From Eledone cirrhosa (lineage: Eukaryota), in NCBI GenBank assembly GCA_964016885.1, contig OZ024740.1, positions 273,296,001-273,360,000 of the forward strand: 64,000 nt of DNA, written 5' to 3'. How positions within the stretch are numbered: the stretch's first letter is position 1; each line of letters starts with the position of its first letter. Below are positions 46,341 to 61,440 of this stretch, piece after piece. The notes under the pieces are model-generated. The model did not search any database. It was not told the DNA's origin and saw nothing but the letters and a program-made list of their open reading frames with translations. The position numbers and the translations under genes were made by a program.

Positions 46341-47319
46341 TGCATGTTTTCTATTATTCAATTAGATATATATTGGTATATATATTGGTATATATATATA
46401 TATATAAAGAGGTATGTATATTGTCCTCGAATTGCTTTCTATTTTATGTTTACTTTTCTCGTCTTTATAACGTTAGCTAATTTTTGATAATTCGGAAATC
46501 TAACTTATTGATGTGTCTTTCTCAAATTTCGTATCATTCATTTACTCAAGTAAAAACAGGATTTTTAAAACCAGTTATATCTATAAGATTAGTTACATAC
46601 GCTAACACACACAAACACATACGCACAGATATACACATTAAACGATATACATTTCAATTACAGATCTTCGTGTCATTTTTTTTTTCCTGACTGGAGAAAA
46701 CGCCTATGTCTTTGACACATACAGACGCTTAGAGACCAATGAGATAGATGCTGGTTGTGATGATTTGAAATTATTGCAGGCTGAATCTTGCATGAAAGGA
46801 CCTGTGTGGAGGAGGAAAGACAGCATAGAAGTTAGTGCAGTCCTGAGGCAACTGGACACAATAAAAAGGAATGAGGAAGAGAGATAACTAAAGCTCAATT
46901 GTCTGAGTGAAAGTAGCACGTGGTCAGCCAGATGGTGGAGCAGTAGAAGCTATTTAAGTAGCAGAGGCAGTTCTAGTAGCATCAGAGGAGGATATTTGTC
47001 AGTAACTCTATGATAATCGGACGTCTAACTATTTTTTTATACTCGGTGTAGGATATTTGTGGGTGTGCAAGAAGTATCGTCCCAGATGTGGAGCAGCAAC
47101 CCATCGTGGGTTTTACCTGAGCTTTGTAAAAAGACCAGAATTTGATAAGGCTGAAGTAATTTCTGTCTCTGAGGAGAAGAGCCAGCTTTGGGAATCTCCC
47201 AGCAATTAGCCACTGAATTGTAAGCTGTCTTCAGGTAAATTAATTTCTATGTTTGTATGTATGTATGTATGTATATATGCATGTATGTATGTATGCATGT
47301 GTATATATATATATATATA

Positions 47320-47663
<344 letters not shown>

Positions 47664-47859
47664 TGTGTTTGTGTGTGTTTGTGTGTGTGTATGTGTGTGT
47701 GTATAAGTACCAGATTGAGTGAAAGGTTTTTCTCTGATGATATTTGTTAACATGAAACTCCATGTTATATTATTAATTTGCAGTATTGCACTGGGTAATT
47801 GCTGGCTTTGTGCCTAACGTAGAAACAATTATTAATTTGAAACAACGTGTGCAATCGTT

Positions 47860-48200
47860 GCAGAATTATTTCATCACCCTTTTATATATAACGAATAAAC
47901 CCTGATTGTATATTCTTCATTTTACTGCTGTGATAATGAATGGCGAACAATTTGCAATTATAGCCATTTTATGAAACCTGTGGAACAAAAGATTGAGTGC
48001 AAAGGCAGCGGCAAAATATATTCATGATGTGGAAGGCAACTGACAACGAACGTGTGGCACAAAGATACTTTAGACGTGTGAAGGAAGGTGATATCAGCCA
48101 TGAAGGAAGACCAAGGTCAGTGAGAACTTCTGTTGTGGAAGAAATCGTATATTGTCGGTAAAATTTGCTTTTCACGAAACACTATCTGTCGACACTCATG
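47860..48200 (+). mobile_element. Mariner transposase N-terminal remnant
   Basis: LWNKRLSAKAAAKYIHDVEG / NERVAQRYFRRVKEGDISHEGRPRSVR matches the mariner HTH and GRPR-like linker. Confidence 0.7.
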
Positions 48201-48549
48201 AGATCGGTCTATTGAACAAGCCCTGTCAAGAGTTTCTTCATTAACTGACCAATGCCCAGGTCAAACAGGAGGAAACTGACATTATTTGGCCACATCAAAC
48301 GACATGACAGCCTGTGCAAGACCATCATGAAAAGTATTGATGAAAGTGGACACAGGAGGGGACGCAAACGCAAAAAAGTGGCAAAAATGTCAAAATGACG
48401 ACGCCAGATTTGCTGCCGGTTGCTGTTGATAGATTATTTTCAGTGTGTGTTGCTTCTGCAGTAGGATTCCCAACGACGAAATCGGAAATGCTTTTAGGGA
48501 AAAATAACATGTCCAATCATGTTGCCATCTCTTGGAAATACGTGAATAT

Positions 48550-49445
48550 ATATATATATATAAAACTGATGATGTGTGTCTGTGTGAGTTTGAATCCCTA
48601 AAACTAGAGAAGCACCCAACCGACTGTTTTCAAACTTTACACATGTAATACCTATGTTTCAGGGAGTGTTCTGCGCAAAAAAAATTTCAAATTTTCAATG
48701 CCCTGGGAACCGCATTAGGCGATTTAGCGATCTCTCTCTATAATTCTAAGTCTTTCTCTTTTTAGAGAGATACATACATATAACGTCGCGCCCTTATAAT
48801 ATCTGTCTGTATGTCTGATGTCTGCATTACGTCACTTCCCTGAGGATGTCTGTCTCTGTGTGTGTGTCGGTAAATTTGAATCCCTAAAACTCGAGAAGTA
48901 CCCAACCGATTTTTTTCAAACTTTACATGTGTATTACTTATGTTTCAGGGAGTGTTATGCACATAAAAGTTCAACTTTTTAATCTCCTAGCGCCCGCATT
49001 AGTTGAAAAACTGCGTTTTTAAAGCTTTTTTTGAGGCGTTACGTCAGACCGATTTCCTTGAATTTGTAACTATGTATTAGACAGTCTCTTTTTCATACTG
49101 TGAGCAAAGAAGATCAAACTTTTTTTATGGCCTAGGGCCCGCATTACGTGAAAAACTTAATCTTTTCAGCTTTTTAGGGCTTTTTGGAGGCGTTACGTCT
49201 AGCCGATTTTCCCGAAATTTCGAGGCATATTATACACATAAAAAACATTTTCTTGATCCCCTAGGTGAAAACCTGCATTTTTCATGCTTCATCGAGGAAA
49301 TTCTTAAAGATTATCCAGTCATCAGAGTATTCGGTTTATGTTTCTTTACATATTGTCCAGGCATGCAGTTTTTCCACAATTAGGTCTGTTGGCGGCCCGA
49401 GTTCCAAAATACCTTATCTCGTGCAACACCGGGTACCACTGGTAG
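48550..49445 (+). mobile_element. Non-autonomous Helitron-like element
   Basis: Starts tatatatataaaactga..gtgtgtctgtg; internal direct repeats (about 48575-48700 vs 48860-48980); ends cgtgcaacaccgggtaccactggtag, a degenerate hairpin plus CTRR-like end followed by T. Confidence 0.6.
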
Positions 49446-49510
49446 TATATATATATAAAATTGCAAGTTTGAAGAATTATTAGATAAAATATACACAGAC
49501 TTTCCTCTCC

Positions 49511-49545
<35 letters not shown>

Positions 49546-49571
49546 CACATATATGTATAAATACACACACA

Positions 49572-49677
<106 letters not shown>

Positions 49678-50003
49678 TATAAACGTTGAAGGACTCGTTG
49701 AGTACACAAATACTGAAGTAGTATATGATAAAATTCGTTTTCATGGCTGAAGCATGTTACTCTAGAGTTTCACATATATACACTCAGTAGCATTAGATAG
49801 GTTAAACCCAAGAGTAATACGGCACATTTATTAGCCATATATGTTTGCGTGAGCATGTGTTTATACATACATAAATACATACATAAATACATACATAGGC
49901 ACTGGGTACTACGCCGAATCGCATGGCCACTGTCATCATCGAAATAGGTATCACGGGCTTATCAATAAAGGAATTTATCATCTAACCTTTGTATGTCCTT
50001 ATC

Positions 50004-50080
<77 letters not shown>

Positions 50081-50225
50081 TATATATAAACGTATATATA
50101 TATATATATAGAAGGGCTTATGCCCGAAACGTCGTCCCCAACCAACACCCCACTCTCCAGAGCGTGAAATTAATAAACATTCGTTGTTGTACTGCCTCTC
50201 TGTTTGTCCCTGTTCAAATTTTTCC

Positions 50226-50282
<57 letters not shown>

Positions 50283-50322
50283 GTATATATCTGTATATAT
50301 ATGTATATATATATATATATAT

Positions 50323-50743
50323 AATTTGTTGGGATACAACAAGCTTAAACATATTTTTATAACTGATATAAAGCACTCAATAGATTTTTATTGGAGTAAA
50401 TATACAATATATTAACAAATGGAAACTATATTTATAAAACCATATTTATTGTATTATACATCTTTCAAGGGCCACCAGGGCAAATTATGGTGCGCTTTCA
50501 TCAAATAAAATACAATACAGATAAATCTAATATCTAATATCAATAAATATAATATCTCCACTATCCAGGAAGCTCCAACCGTTAAGGTTGTCTTTTTTTC
50601 AGGGTATGTCAATATTTATTTATAAAACTAATCTGTATTGTATTTTATCTGATAAAAGCGCACCATAATTTGCCTTGGTGGCCCTTGAAATATGTATAAT
50701 AACATAAATATGGTTTATAAATATAGTTTCTATTTGTTAATAT

Positions 50744-50751
<8 letters not shown>
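50323..50751. mobile_element. Inverted pair of hammerhead-bearing pLTR-like repeats
   Basis: About 120-bp arms 50401-50522/50634-50751; each arm holds a hammerhead with one core mutation (UUGAUGA; CUGAUAA); other family members at about 21285-21425, 43552-43725, 53020-53170 and 53500-53725. Confidence 0.8.
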
Positions 50752-50782
<31 letters not shown>

Positions 50783-50788
<6 letters not shown>

Positions 50789-51360
50789 GGTGCATTACTG
50801 GTACTTTATTTTAGCGACCCCATAAGGATGAAAGGCAAAGTAAACCTCGGCGGGATTTGAACTCAGACCGTAAAGGAAGGTAACTCTATGCTGGAAATCA
50901 TGGCGTCCGACTCTCTACCGATACTGCCAATCCATCCTCAATAATACAGACATATATAAATAATTGTTTCTACTTTAGGCACAAGGCCAGCAATTACCCA
51001 GTACATTACTGGTACTTTATTTTAGCGACCCCATAAGGATGAACGGCAAAGTAAACCTCGGCGGGATGTGAACTCAGACCGTAAAGGGAGGTAACTCTAT
51101 GCTGGAAATCATGGCGCCCGACACTCTACCGATACTGCCAATCCATCCTCAATAATATAGACATATATGAATAATTGTTTCTACTTTAGGCACAAGGCCA
51201 GCAAATACCCAGTACATTACTGGTACTTTATTTTATCGACCCCGTAAGGATGAAAGGCAAAGTCAACCTCGGCAGGATTTGAACTCAGATCGTAAAGGGA
51301 CGTAACTATGCTGGAAAGCATGGCGTCCGACCCATTACCGATACTGCCAATCCCCCGCCC
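50783..51360 (-). mobile_element. Three head-to-tail OK-like SINEs
   Basis: Units about 50783-50938, 50963-51149 and 51173-51360, separated by repeats of agacatatat(a/g)aataat. Confidence 0.9.
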
Positions 51361-51593
51361 TATCCACAGACATATATGAATAATGTGCACAAACTATTGT
51401 GTGAGCTGATATTTTAGAATTATGTAGAAAGTGTGAGAATATTGGTATGTGCATGTGTGCCTGTGTGCGTGTATGCATACGATATGTATAAGTGCACCTG
51501 CATATGCATTTACTATTTTACGAAAAAATACACATGCACAAATATTTATGTATTTTTGAACAGAATTACGTCTGCACACAAACCTAAACACTA

Positions 51594-51630
<37 letters not shown>

Positions 51631-51798
51631 CATACACATTTACATACTGCATATTGTATACACACACACACACACATATATATATATATTTATATATATA
51701 TATACACATATGTATGTATATACACATCTATATATAGATATATATTTACATATATAGATATATATTTATATATATATATACATATATGCATATATATA

Positions 51799-51843
<45 letters not shown>

Positions 51844-51985
51844 ATATATATATGTGCGTGTGTGTGTGTGTCTGTGCATGTGTTTCACAAACCTGCCGTT
51901 TTTATTCCTATACACTAACACACGAACACATCTCCACAAATAGAAGATTCTTGGAAATAGATACTGTTTAAACTTCAGCAGAGAT

Positions 51986-52023
<38 letters not shown>

Positions 52024-52122
52024 TCATGTGCAAAGAGACACACACTAAAACTTATCACAACATATTCACAAACACGCACGGGCGGTTACATTTACACCAC
52101 ACACGCACACACACGAGTATAT

Positions 52123-52241
<119 letters not shown>

Positions 52242-52373
52242 CATGTATATATATATATATATATTTGTATGTGTGTGTGTGTATATATATACAAATATAT
52301 ATATATGCATATATATATATCTATGTGTGTGTGTTTGTGCGTGTTTGTGTGTATATATATATATATATATATA

Positions 52374-52437
<64 letters not shown>

Positions 52438-52581
52438 ATATGTATAGTATATATATATTATAAATATATATAGCATATATATATATTATAAATATATCAT
52501 ATATAGCATATATATATATTATAAGTATATATAGTTTATATATATAATGAATATATATAATATATCTCTTTCATATATACA

Positions 52582-52624
<43 letters not shown>

Positions 52625-52819
52625 GTATATATATATATATATATAATATATGTATATATATATATTATATATTATATATATATATAATAAATGTAATCTG
52701 AGTTTTTCGAATATTAATAATAATATTCGATTCCTTTTTAATTATGGAAACAGCCTCATTTTTAAAGCCATGTCAGTAAAATGAGCCCTTCATTCTTGCT
52801 CTTAGTTGGCACGTAAAGA

Positions 52820-52869
52820 GAACTGCAAGCACTAATGTTTCTGGGTATCACCCTTCTTCAGTGCAATTC
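52820..52869 (-). ncRNA. Minimal hammerhead motif with U16.1->C change
   Basis: GAAUUGCA-CUGAAGA-A-GGGU-GAU-ACCC-A-GAAA-CAUUAGUG-CU-UGCAGUUC; 8-bp helix I. Confidence 0.7.
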
Positions 52870-53196
52870 ACTGTTCTCCTGCTAACTGTCAGATCTCGTG
52901 AAAATATATGATATTTTCTAAAATATACAGTGACTGATCGGTCTTGCACATCATCAGACAGGCTCGTCAGTTTCCGGTATACGAGCGATTAATTATTCAT
53001 TTATTTATTATATTGTCTTGGTTGCCCTTGAAATATATATAATAAAATAAATATGGTTTTACAAATATAGCTTCCATTTATTTAATATCATGGACTATTC
53101 ACTCCAGTAACTGTTGAGTGCTCTAAGTCAGTTATAAACATTTATGTTTGTCGGACTTCCAACAAATTAAATACAACTTCTACATATATGTATATA

Positions 53197-53314
<118 letters not shown>

Positions 53315-53375
53315 TAATAGATTAAAGTTCAAGCAACGAATCGCCTCTGTAATGCCTTAACGGGATCTATCTATT

Positions 53376-53434
<59 letters not shown>

Positions 53435-53438
53435 TATA

Positions 53439-53504
<66 letters not shown>

Positions 53505-53543
53505 GATATTAACAAATGGAAACTATATTTATAAAACCATATT

Positions 53544-53608
53544 TATTTCATTATACATATTTCAAAGACACCATGTTAAATTATGGTGTGCTTTCATCAG
53601 ATAAAATA
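53544..53608 (-). ncRNA. Type I hammerhead motif, intact core
   Basis: UAUUUUAU-CUGAUGA-AAGCACACCAU-aauuuaac-AUGGUGUCUUU-GAAA-UAUGUA-UA-AUGAAAUA. Confidence 0.75.
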
Positions 53609-53740
53609 TAATATAGAGCAGTTTTATAAATAAATATTGACACACCCTTAAAGAATGCAACCATTACTGTTGGAAGCTCCCGGATATATCAGTTATAAAA
53701 ATATTTGCTTGTTGTATCCAAATAATTTAAATTGAACTTT

Positions 53741-53785
<45 letters not shown>

Positions 53786-54075
53786 CATATATTTATATAT
53801 ATGTAAATATACATGATTGTTGGTCCTTGGTCGCTTTGGAGGACGAATGCTTCTGTAGATTGTCTCAACAGAACAGCTTTCACGTGTGCAGTTTAATTAG
53901 TATTTCACAGACACATATAATCTTAGCAATATTTTCAAAGCGAAATCCTTTGAATTTTAGGGACTGCTGCTGTGCAGACCGGCACTACTGCTAATATAAT
54001 ATCATGATCAAACGCCGACGGGAATTGAACTCATAGCTTAGCTATTTTGAATCTGTAACCACGTGCCTTAATAAT

Positions 54076-54464
54076 TGTTTCTATTTTAGGCACAAGGCCA
54101 GCAAATTACCCAGCACATTACTGGTACTTTATTTTATGGACCACGTAAGGATGAAAGGCAAAGTTAACCTCGGCGGCATTTGAACTCAGATCATAAAGGG
54201 ACGTAACTCTATGCTTCAAAGCATGGTGTCCGACTCTCTACCGATACTGCCAATCCACCACCCTTTAATAATTGTTTCTACTTTTTGGCACAAGGCCAGC
54301 AATTAACCAGTGTATTACTGGTACTTTATTTTATCGACCCCGTAAGGATGAAAGGCAAAGTTAACCTCGGCGGGATTTGAACTCAGACCGTAAAGGGACA
54401 TAACTTTGCTAGAAAGCATCGCGTCCAACCGTCTAACGATACTGCCAATTCACCGCGCTTTAAA
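54076..54464 (-). mobile_element. OK-like SINE dimer within a single TSD
   Basis: Two tandem monomers; 19-bp direct repeat aaccacgtgccttaataat at 54057-54075/54465-54483. Confidence 0.85.
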
Positions 54465-54895
54465 AACCACGTGCCTTAATAATGGTTTCTGGTCCTTGTA
54501 TGCAAATCCTTACATACTAATTCATAGATTTGATCCACTGGGCCGAAAAAATTACGTACGGCGCTACGGTTGAACAATTCCCAACCAATGAAACCCGACT
54601 GATGAGGTCATTGAGTATGCCAAGATGTGTAGAATCGAGATGTGAAGGAGAGCAGGAATAAATGCTTGGAAATGTTTTACTCCGACAGCATGATATTCCC
54701 AGTAGTAGACCTTGCGCAAACACAACGCCACAAAGATTTTAGTAAATATAGTCGGCGGCCGGGACTCGTGAAGCAGTCAGTATGTGTTTATACACACACA
54801 CACATAGACACACATTCACACATACGCACACACATACACACACATACGCACACACATACAAACACACACACACAAACATTATTATTGTTATAGAA

Positions 54896-55142
54896 TAATT
54901 CTAAAATATCAGCTCACACAATAGTGTGTGCACATTATTCATATATGTCTGTGGATAGGGCATTGGATTGGCAGTATTGGTAGAGGGTCGGACGCCATGC
55001 TTTCCAGCATAGTTACGTCCCTTTACGATCTGAGTTCAAATCCCGCCGAGGTTGACTTTGCCTTTCATCCTTACGGGGTCGATAAAATAAAGTACCAGTA
55101 ATGCACTGGGTAATTGCTGGCCTTGTGCCTAAAGTAGAAACA
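54896..55142 (+). mobile_element. OK-like SINE with about 60 bp of extra 5' flank
   Basis: TSD attattattgttatagaa at 54878-54895/55143-55160; the extra 5' sequence is the reverse complement of about 51357-51422. Confidence 0.85.
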
Positions 55143-55565
55143 ATTATTATTGTTATAGAACTGACCGCTCAAGGAATAAACATTTTAAATTCGTATGAAA
55201 TCACAGGACGATCTATCCTGATGATTTTTTTTACGAATGAAACAGCTGTAGTCCTGCAGATATTATTTCCATAATAAAATGAATGAGTCTCAAGTCAACT
55301 AACGTAACGAGCAGATTAAATTAAACATTAATACGTTATGTATTAACAATTTCTTATATAGGCACAAGGCCAGCAATTTTGGGGGAGGGAAAAGTCGATT
55401 AAATCGACCCCAGTGGATCACTGGAACTTTATTTTATCAACCCCGTAATGATGAAAGGCAAAGTTAACCCCATCTGGTTTGAACTGTACATTATGTGTTA
55501 ATGAGAAGACAGATAAATATTTTTAATCTTTCCATCTCAGATCATGCGCAGTAGCATGTGTGTAG

Positions 55566-55626
<61 letters not shown>

Positions 55627-56085
55627 TGTGTGTGTGTGTGTGTGTGTGTGCGTGTATCAGCGAAGGTGTGCGTACATCGCTGTGTATTCTTTACTAGAAA
55701 TGAATGTAAATGAATGTAAATGTGTGAAATTCAGAACGTTTTATCTGTGTGTAAACGAGTGTGATAAGTTCTACCTGTAATTCAATAAGACTCTCTTGTC
55801 TGACGACTTTGATCTAATGCTCTCTGTAGACAAATATATCAGTATACGCCTGTAGAATATTCAGAGGTACAGACAACTAATATTAAACCGACGGAGATCC
55901 AATTACTTTACTGATTTGTCTTAGAGGTTGTGTGTACGTATGAGAATAACTAAATATCATAGTAATCAAATATTAGAAGGCATGTACAGTATACTGACTT
56001 CTTATGTCTGTAGGTTAATGCAACCGTGTGAGGGGTTTGTATATGTGTGAGCGCCATTGTGTATTCATTAGACTCTGTCAGTATA

Positions 56086-56126
<41 letters not shown>

Positions 56127-56284
56127 GTGTGTGAGTATATAACCCTATGTATGTATGTATCCTACAACTGTTTTACATGTTCTTGTGCGAAAATTTACAA
56201 GCATATATTCACATATATATGACAACACACACATACACACGCACACACACACACACGCACACACACGCATATATATATATATAT

Positions 56285-56488
56285 AACAAAGGAATTGTGG
56301 TAAGGAATCAGATGGACCATAACGCACCAGAGTACTCAATACTTAGGGTAGTAGAGTGGGAAATAGGAGAAAGTATGACCCCGACGGCAGAGCTCAAGCC
56401 GTTTTGGCGGCTATTTCTGGGCTATTTTAGTCCAGAAATAGTCGTCGAAACGGCTTGAGCTCTGCCGTCGGGGTGATACTTTTCCCTA
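56285..56488 (-). mobile_element. Fold-back hairpin element, subfamily B
   Basis: Reverse tail plus palindrome; (TA)n on both sides. Confidence 0.85.
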
Positions 56489-56705
56489 TATATATATATA
56501 TATGCAATATGGACATGCATATATTCACAGGTAGTTCTTGCCGCGTAGATTGCTAGAAGGAAAGATATTGTTAGAGGTGCCAAAATCATACTGACCTCCT
56601 GCTGACAAGACATCATTAAAGTGTGTGTGTGTAGTTATGTATACATACGTGTATATATATATATATATATATACGTCGTGTATATATGTATATATGTATA
56701 CATAC

Positions 56706-56739
<34 letters not shown>

Positions 56740-56996
56740 GTATGCATACATAAATACACACACATTTGTATGTGTATATAAATATGTATATATATATATA
56801 TAGATATATGTAAATACGTATATATATTTATGTATGCACTATAATTATATATATGTATATAAACATTTACATACACACACCCCCACAACACACACATGCA
56901 CACACATACATACATACACACACACGCATATATATATATATATATATATATACAAATATATATACAAATATATATACAATTATATATATACATATA

Positions 56997-57065
<69 letters not shown>

Positions 57066-57181
57066 AGTGTGTGTGTGTGTGTGATAGAGAGAGAGAGAGG
57101 AGGCGAGAGAAAGGTCTCAGCAGTGCAGACTGCATATATATATATATACAAACAAACATTTATACACGCACACGCACACGC

Positions 57182-57249
<68 letters not shown>

Positions 57250-57712
57250 ATATATATATATCTATGTGTGTTTATATATATATATATGTGTAGGGATTGA
57301 TTGATTGATCGATTGAGTATAGATATAGAAGGTATGAAATATATATATTTGACATTCTATTATTTGGTCCAAGGAAGTCAATGTGGTATATTTTTATTTC
57401 CTAACACGTATACATAGTTTCCTGTGCACAACTATATATACATATATACATATAACTGCACAGACACATTCACACTCCCCGAATCAAGATACGCAGGAGT
57501 CCCGTCCTATATATATATACTTTTTCCTTACACAGCAATTCATATATTACAACAAACCCTGTAAAGTTTTTTTTGTTGATTATACCGGCTAATACACCAG
57601 GCCCGGAGAAAGTGAGGGAGGGAAATGGGACCCCAGATAGATATATATATATATATTTATATATATTTATAGCATCTCCCTCTCTCTCACTCACTTTCTC
57701 TCACTCTCTCAC

Positions 57713-57785
<73 letters not shown>

Positions 57786-57967
57786 ATGTATGATTTTCAT
57801 CGAAACTTTTTGAATGCATCTTCTCTTTTCATGATATTTAGATTACATTGAGTTCTTCATACGGATTGGACACTATCGTATATTTTGGTAGCAATATATT
57901 TGCTAGCATAGGTATGCATCTGTATATATATGTTGGTGGATATACTAATTCTTTATATATATATATA

Positions 57968-60953
57968 TCTTCCTTCTGGATTCAATGATCGGATAATGTC
58001 CATGAGAGTCCCTCTGATTCAAAACCGCCCTGTGACTCTGGTCAGTGTGTACGCTCCTACTATGTGTGCTAGTGATGATGAAAAACTAAGTTTCTACATG
58101 TCTTTGGGAGAGGTCATCTATGGTATACGTTATGCAGACAAGATTGTCATCCTTGGTGATTTTAATGCACGTGTTGGTAATGACTGGGAAGCCTGGAGTG
58201 TGATAGGTAGGCAGGGAGTAGGTAAGTGCCATAACAATGGCCTACTTCTGTTGCAGATGTGCCCTGAGATGGAACTTGTTGTTGGAAACACGCTCTTTCA
58301 GCAGAAAGACAAATATAAGACAACTTGGATGCATCCAGGTTCCAAGAAGTGGCACCTTATTGACTTCGTTTTAACGAGAAAATGTGATATCAGGGATATC
58401 ACATTGGTTCGTGTATTAGGACGCGCAGAATGTTGGACTGATCATCGTCTGGTGCGCGCCAAGTTTTAATTTGTTTTTGAAGCCCAAAGTAAGGGGGACG
58501 AAGGTTGCACTTCCAAGACAACTAAACGTGGCTCGTCTGAAAATAGAGAAAGTCAGAGCTGAGCTGTCGAGGTCCCTTGAGTTCATGGAATGTGAAAACA
58601 CTTGGAAATCATTGAAGAAAACCGTCTATGATGTTAGTGATGTAGTTTTGGGTCATACCAATAGAAAGCATAAAGACTGGTTCGATGAAACTGATCCAGT
58701 GATCCAGACCTTGCTTGAAGAGAAACAAAAAGTGCTGATGTCATTGTTGTGTGAGACACGTTCTGACGGGAGTGACCGGACCTTCAGGCAGATCAAGGCC
58801 CGTGTGCAACATCGATTGAGAGCCATGCAGGATACCTGGTGGAGCCAACAGACTGATGAAATCCAGAAGGCCTCAGATAGACATGATACAAAGCTTCTAT
58901 ACAATCTGCTCAGGGATGTGTATGGTCCGACCAGTTCACAAATATCACCACTTCGCTCCGGGGACGGCAAGAATTTGCTCAGAGATCCGAAGGAAATCCT
59001 GATCAGGTGGCATGACCACTTTGATGAGCTTCTAAACAGACCATCAGAAATTGATGATCAGATCATCCGGTCGATTCCATCCAGATCTACAAAGCTGGCA
59101 ATGGCTGATCGTCCTTCATTTGATGAGGTGGCGAAGGCCATTTTAATTAAACAGCGGCAAGTCACCTGGAATGGATGGACTGAGTGCCGAGATTTTCAAG
59201 TGTGCTGGTGATAACTTCTTAAACCGCCTCACTGATCTCTTTGTGAATGTTTGGAATGAAGAAGATGTGCCACAGGATTGGAAATATTCATTGATGATGG
59301 TACTTTACAAAGGAAAGGGAGCCAAAGATGACTGTGGCAACTACAGAGAGATTTCATTGCTATCTGTGGCTGGGAAGATCTTGTGCAGGATATTGTTGGA
59401 CAGATTGATACAGCACATTGCTGTTGAGGTACTTCCTGAGTCCCAAAATGGCTTTAGGAATAGCAGAGGCACTGTTGACATGATCTTCTCGGCCAAACAA
59501 CTTCAAGAGAAATGCATTGAGCAACGCATGGACTTATACCAAGGTTTTGTCGATCTGACATTTGACACCGTTAATCAGAAGGCTTTGTGGGTTATTTGGG
59601 AGAGAAAGGGCTGTCCTGAAAAGTGTGTGAACATTCTGAAACTCTTCCACGATGATATGCAGGAGTGGGTGAATGTTGGAGGTAAACTGGCTGAACCAAT
59701 TTCAGTTGAAAATGGTGTCAAGCATGGTGATATACCTGCACCGACTTTGTTTGCCTTGTATTTCGCGATAGTGTTCTTCATGGCCTTCAAGGATTGTCAG
59801 CACGGTATCTATCTCAGATATCGTACTTCCGGCAGGCTGTTTAACCTTAGGCGTCTCACTGCCAACAGTAAGGTACTGAGTACCTTGATCAGAGAATCTT
59901 TATATGCAGAGGTCACAATTGACCTCTTTGCAACACCTCTGTCGTCATGTACCAACCTGCTCCGGATAAAGTTTTCAATGAACACTCCATACACGTATAC
60001 GCATTTGTGTATTTGGGGGGTACTCTGAGTGTGACCTGCTCTCTGGATGCAGAAGTTTGTCTACGTGTTAGTAAGTCAAGTGAGTCATTTGGAAGGGTCA
60101 ACGACCGTCTTTGGTGCACGCGAGGAATGACAATGAGGACCAAGGTGAGAGTGTATGCTGTACGTGTACTGTCAGCTTTGCTGTATGCATGTGAGACATG
60201 GGTTGCCTACAAACGGCATATCCACAGACTGGAACGGTTTCACCAGCAGTGTTTAAGAAAGATGCTCAGTATCAAGTTTCAGATGCATGTGAGTGATGTT
60301 GAGGTCCTTGAGAGAAGTGAGTGTGGGAGCATTGAGAGTAACATCCACCAACGGCGTTTGGGATGGACCGGACACCTCTGCAGAATGGAGGATGATCGAA
60401 TCCCCAAAACAACTCTTGTATGGCAAGCTTTGCCAGGGTAAGAGACCACCTCACAAGCCAAAGCTCCGATTCAAGGATTGTGTAAAGGACTCCTTGAAAA
60501 AAACTGGTTTGATGATGGCTAACTGAGAGATAGAAGCTCTTGAAAGAGAAACTTGGCGTGGAATGGTGAATGATGGGTCCATAATTTTGAGGACAGACGC
60601 ATAGAGCACGAGAAGATCAAACGGGATGTGCGTAAGCAATGCCCTGGTGTATCTCTCGAAACGATCGGTGTCTCCATTGAATTGAAGTGCCCTGAGTGTG
60701 GAAAAGTTTGCTTGCGCAAATCTGGTCTCAGGAGCCACAGTCGCAGCCATGTTCAAAGAGAACGAGTGAACTATGATCTCCACGGTGTTGTGAGCGTTCA
60801 CGGGCAACCTGATCAGGATCTGAAGCCAGGGTGATCCATAGTTGTCGTCAGTGTGTGAAGGAGTGCAAGTATCTAGAAGGCTTGAAAAGCCATGTCCGAG
60901 CGTCCCACATCTGAATCTGACAAGCGATTGCAATACTCTTGGCAGAGTTTGCA

Positions 60954-60960
<7 letters not shown>
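57968..60960 (+). mobile_element. RTE-BovB-like LINE, 5'-truncated (APE, RT, two C-terminal C2H2 fingers, 3' tail)
   Basis: SVYAPT, LGDFNARVG, TTWMHPGSKKWHLIDFV, WTDH (APE); NYREISLLS, LPESQNGFR, RGTVDMIF, GVKHGDIPAPTLF, FVYLG (RT, with a deletion around YADD); CPECGKVC...SHSRSH; frameshifted; (TA)n on both sides. Confidence 0.95.
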
Positions 60961-60997
<37 letters not shown>

Positions 60998-60999
60998 AT

Positions 61000-61066
<67 letters not shown>

Positions 61067-61129
61067 TTAAATATCAGCAATAATGTTAGCGAGGAACAGA
61101 CGACTGACATCAGTTCTAGCCTATCAACT

Positions 61130-61440
61130 AATGAACATGGGAAACTGATCGAGTCGGCGTGGTACCTGCAGAAGTCTGCAAAAACGACTTCCTCAAGAAC
61201 TATCCAGAAAGTACGAGAGGAGTTTCTTTTTTGGGAAGAAAATACATTCTCCAGTGAAGACGATTCCATCTTTGGGGATATGATAACATTTCCTGTGAGG
61301 AGGAGGCCTTCCCGACAGAGAGAAACAATTTCTAGTGAAGATCCCTTCTACAATAAAGAGAAGTCACATGTATTCTCATATAAAATCGCAAAAACGTATC
61401 GTATTTGCATATGAAATGCGTCAACAATTTTCAAACGAAT
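61130..61440 (+). mobile_element. Possible Tc1/mariner HTH remnant
   Basis: SRTIQKVREEF...RRRPSR..SSED loosely resembles a transposase N-terminus; weak similarity only. Confidence 0.25.

Noticed and set aside
46705-47245. Possible solo LTR (TATA-like ctatttaag, higher GC)
   Set aside because: No convincing TG..CA termini, TSD or second copy.
50401-50751. DNA-transposon MITE with 120-bp TIRs
   Set aside because: The same sequence occurs unpaired elsewhere and extends beyond one arm; it is better explained as an inverted pair of hammerhead-bearing repeats.
54594-54756. CCGA-CTGATGA-GGTC...GACC hammerhead candidate
   Set aside because: No GAAA follows the putative helix II.
57930-60441. Active LINE or host endonuclease/RT gene
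   Set aside because: Multiple frameshifts and stops, 5' truncation, and loss of the catalytic YADD segment.
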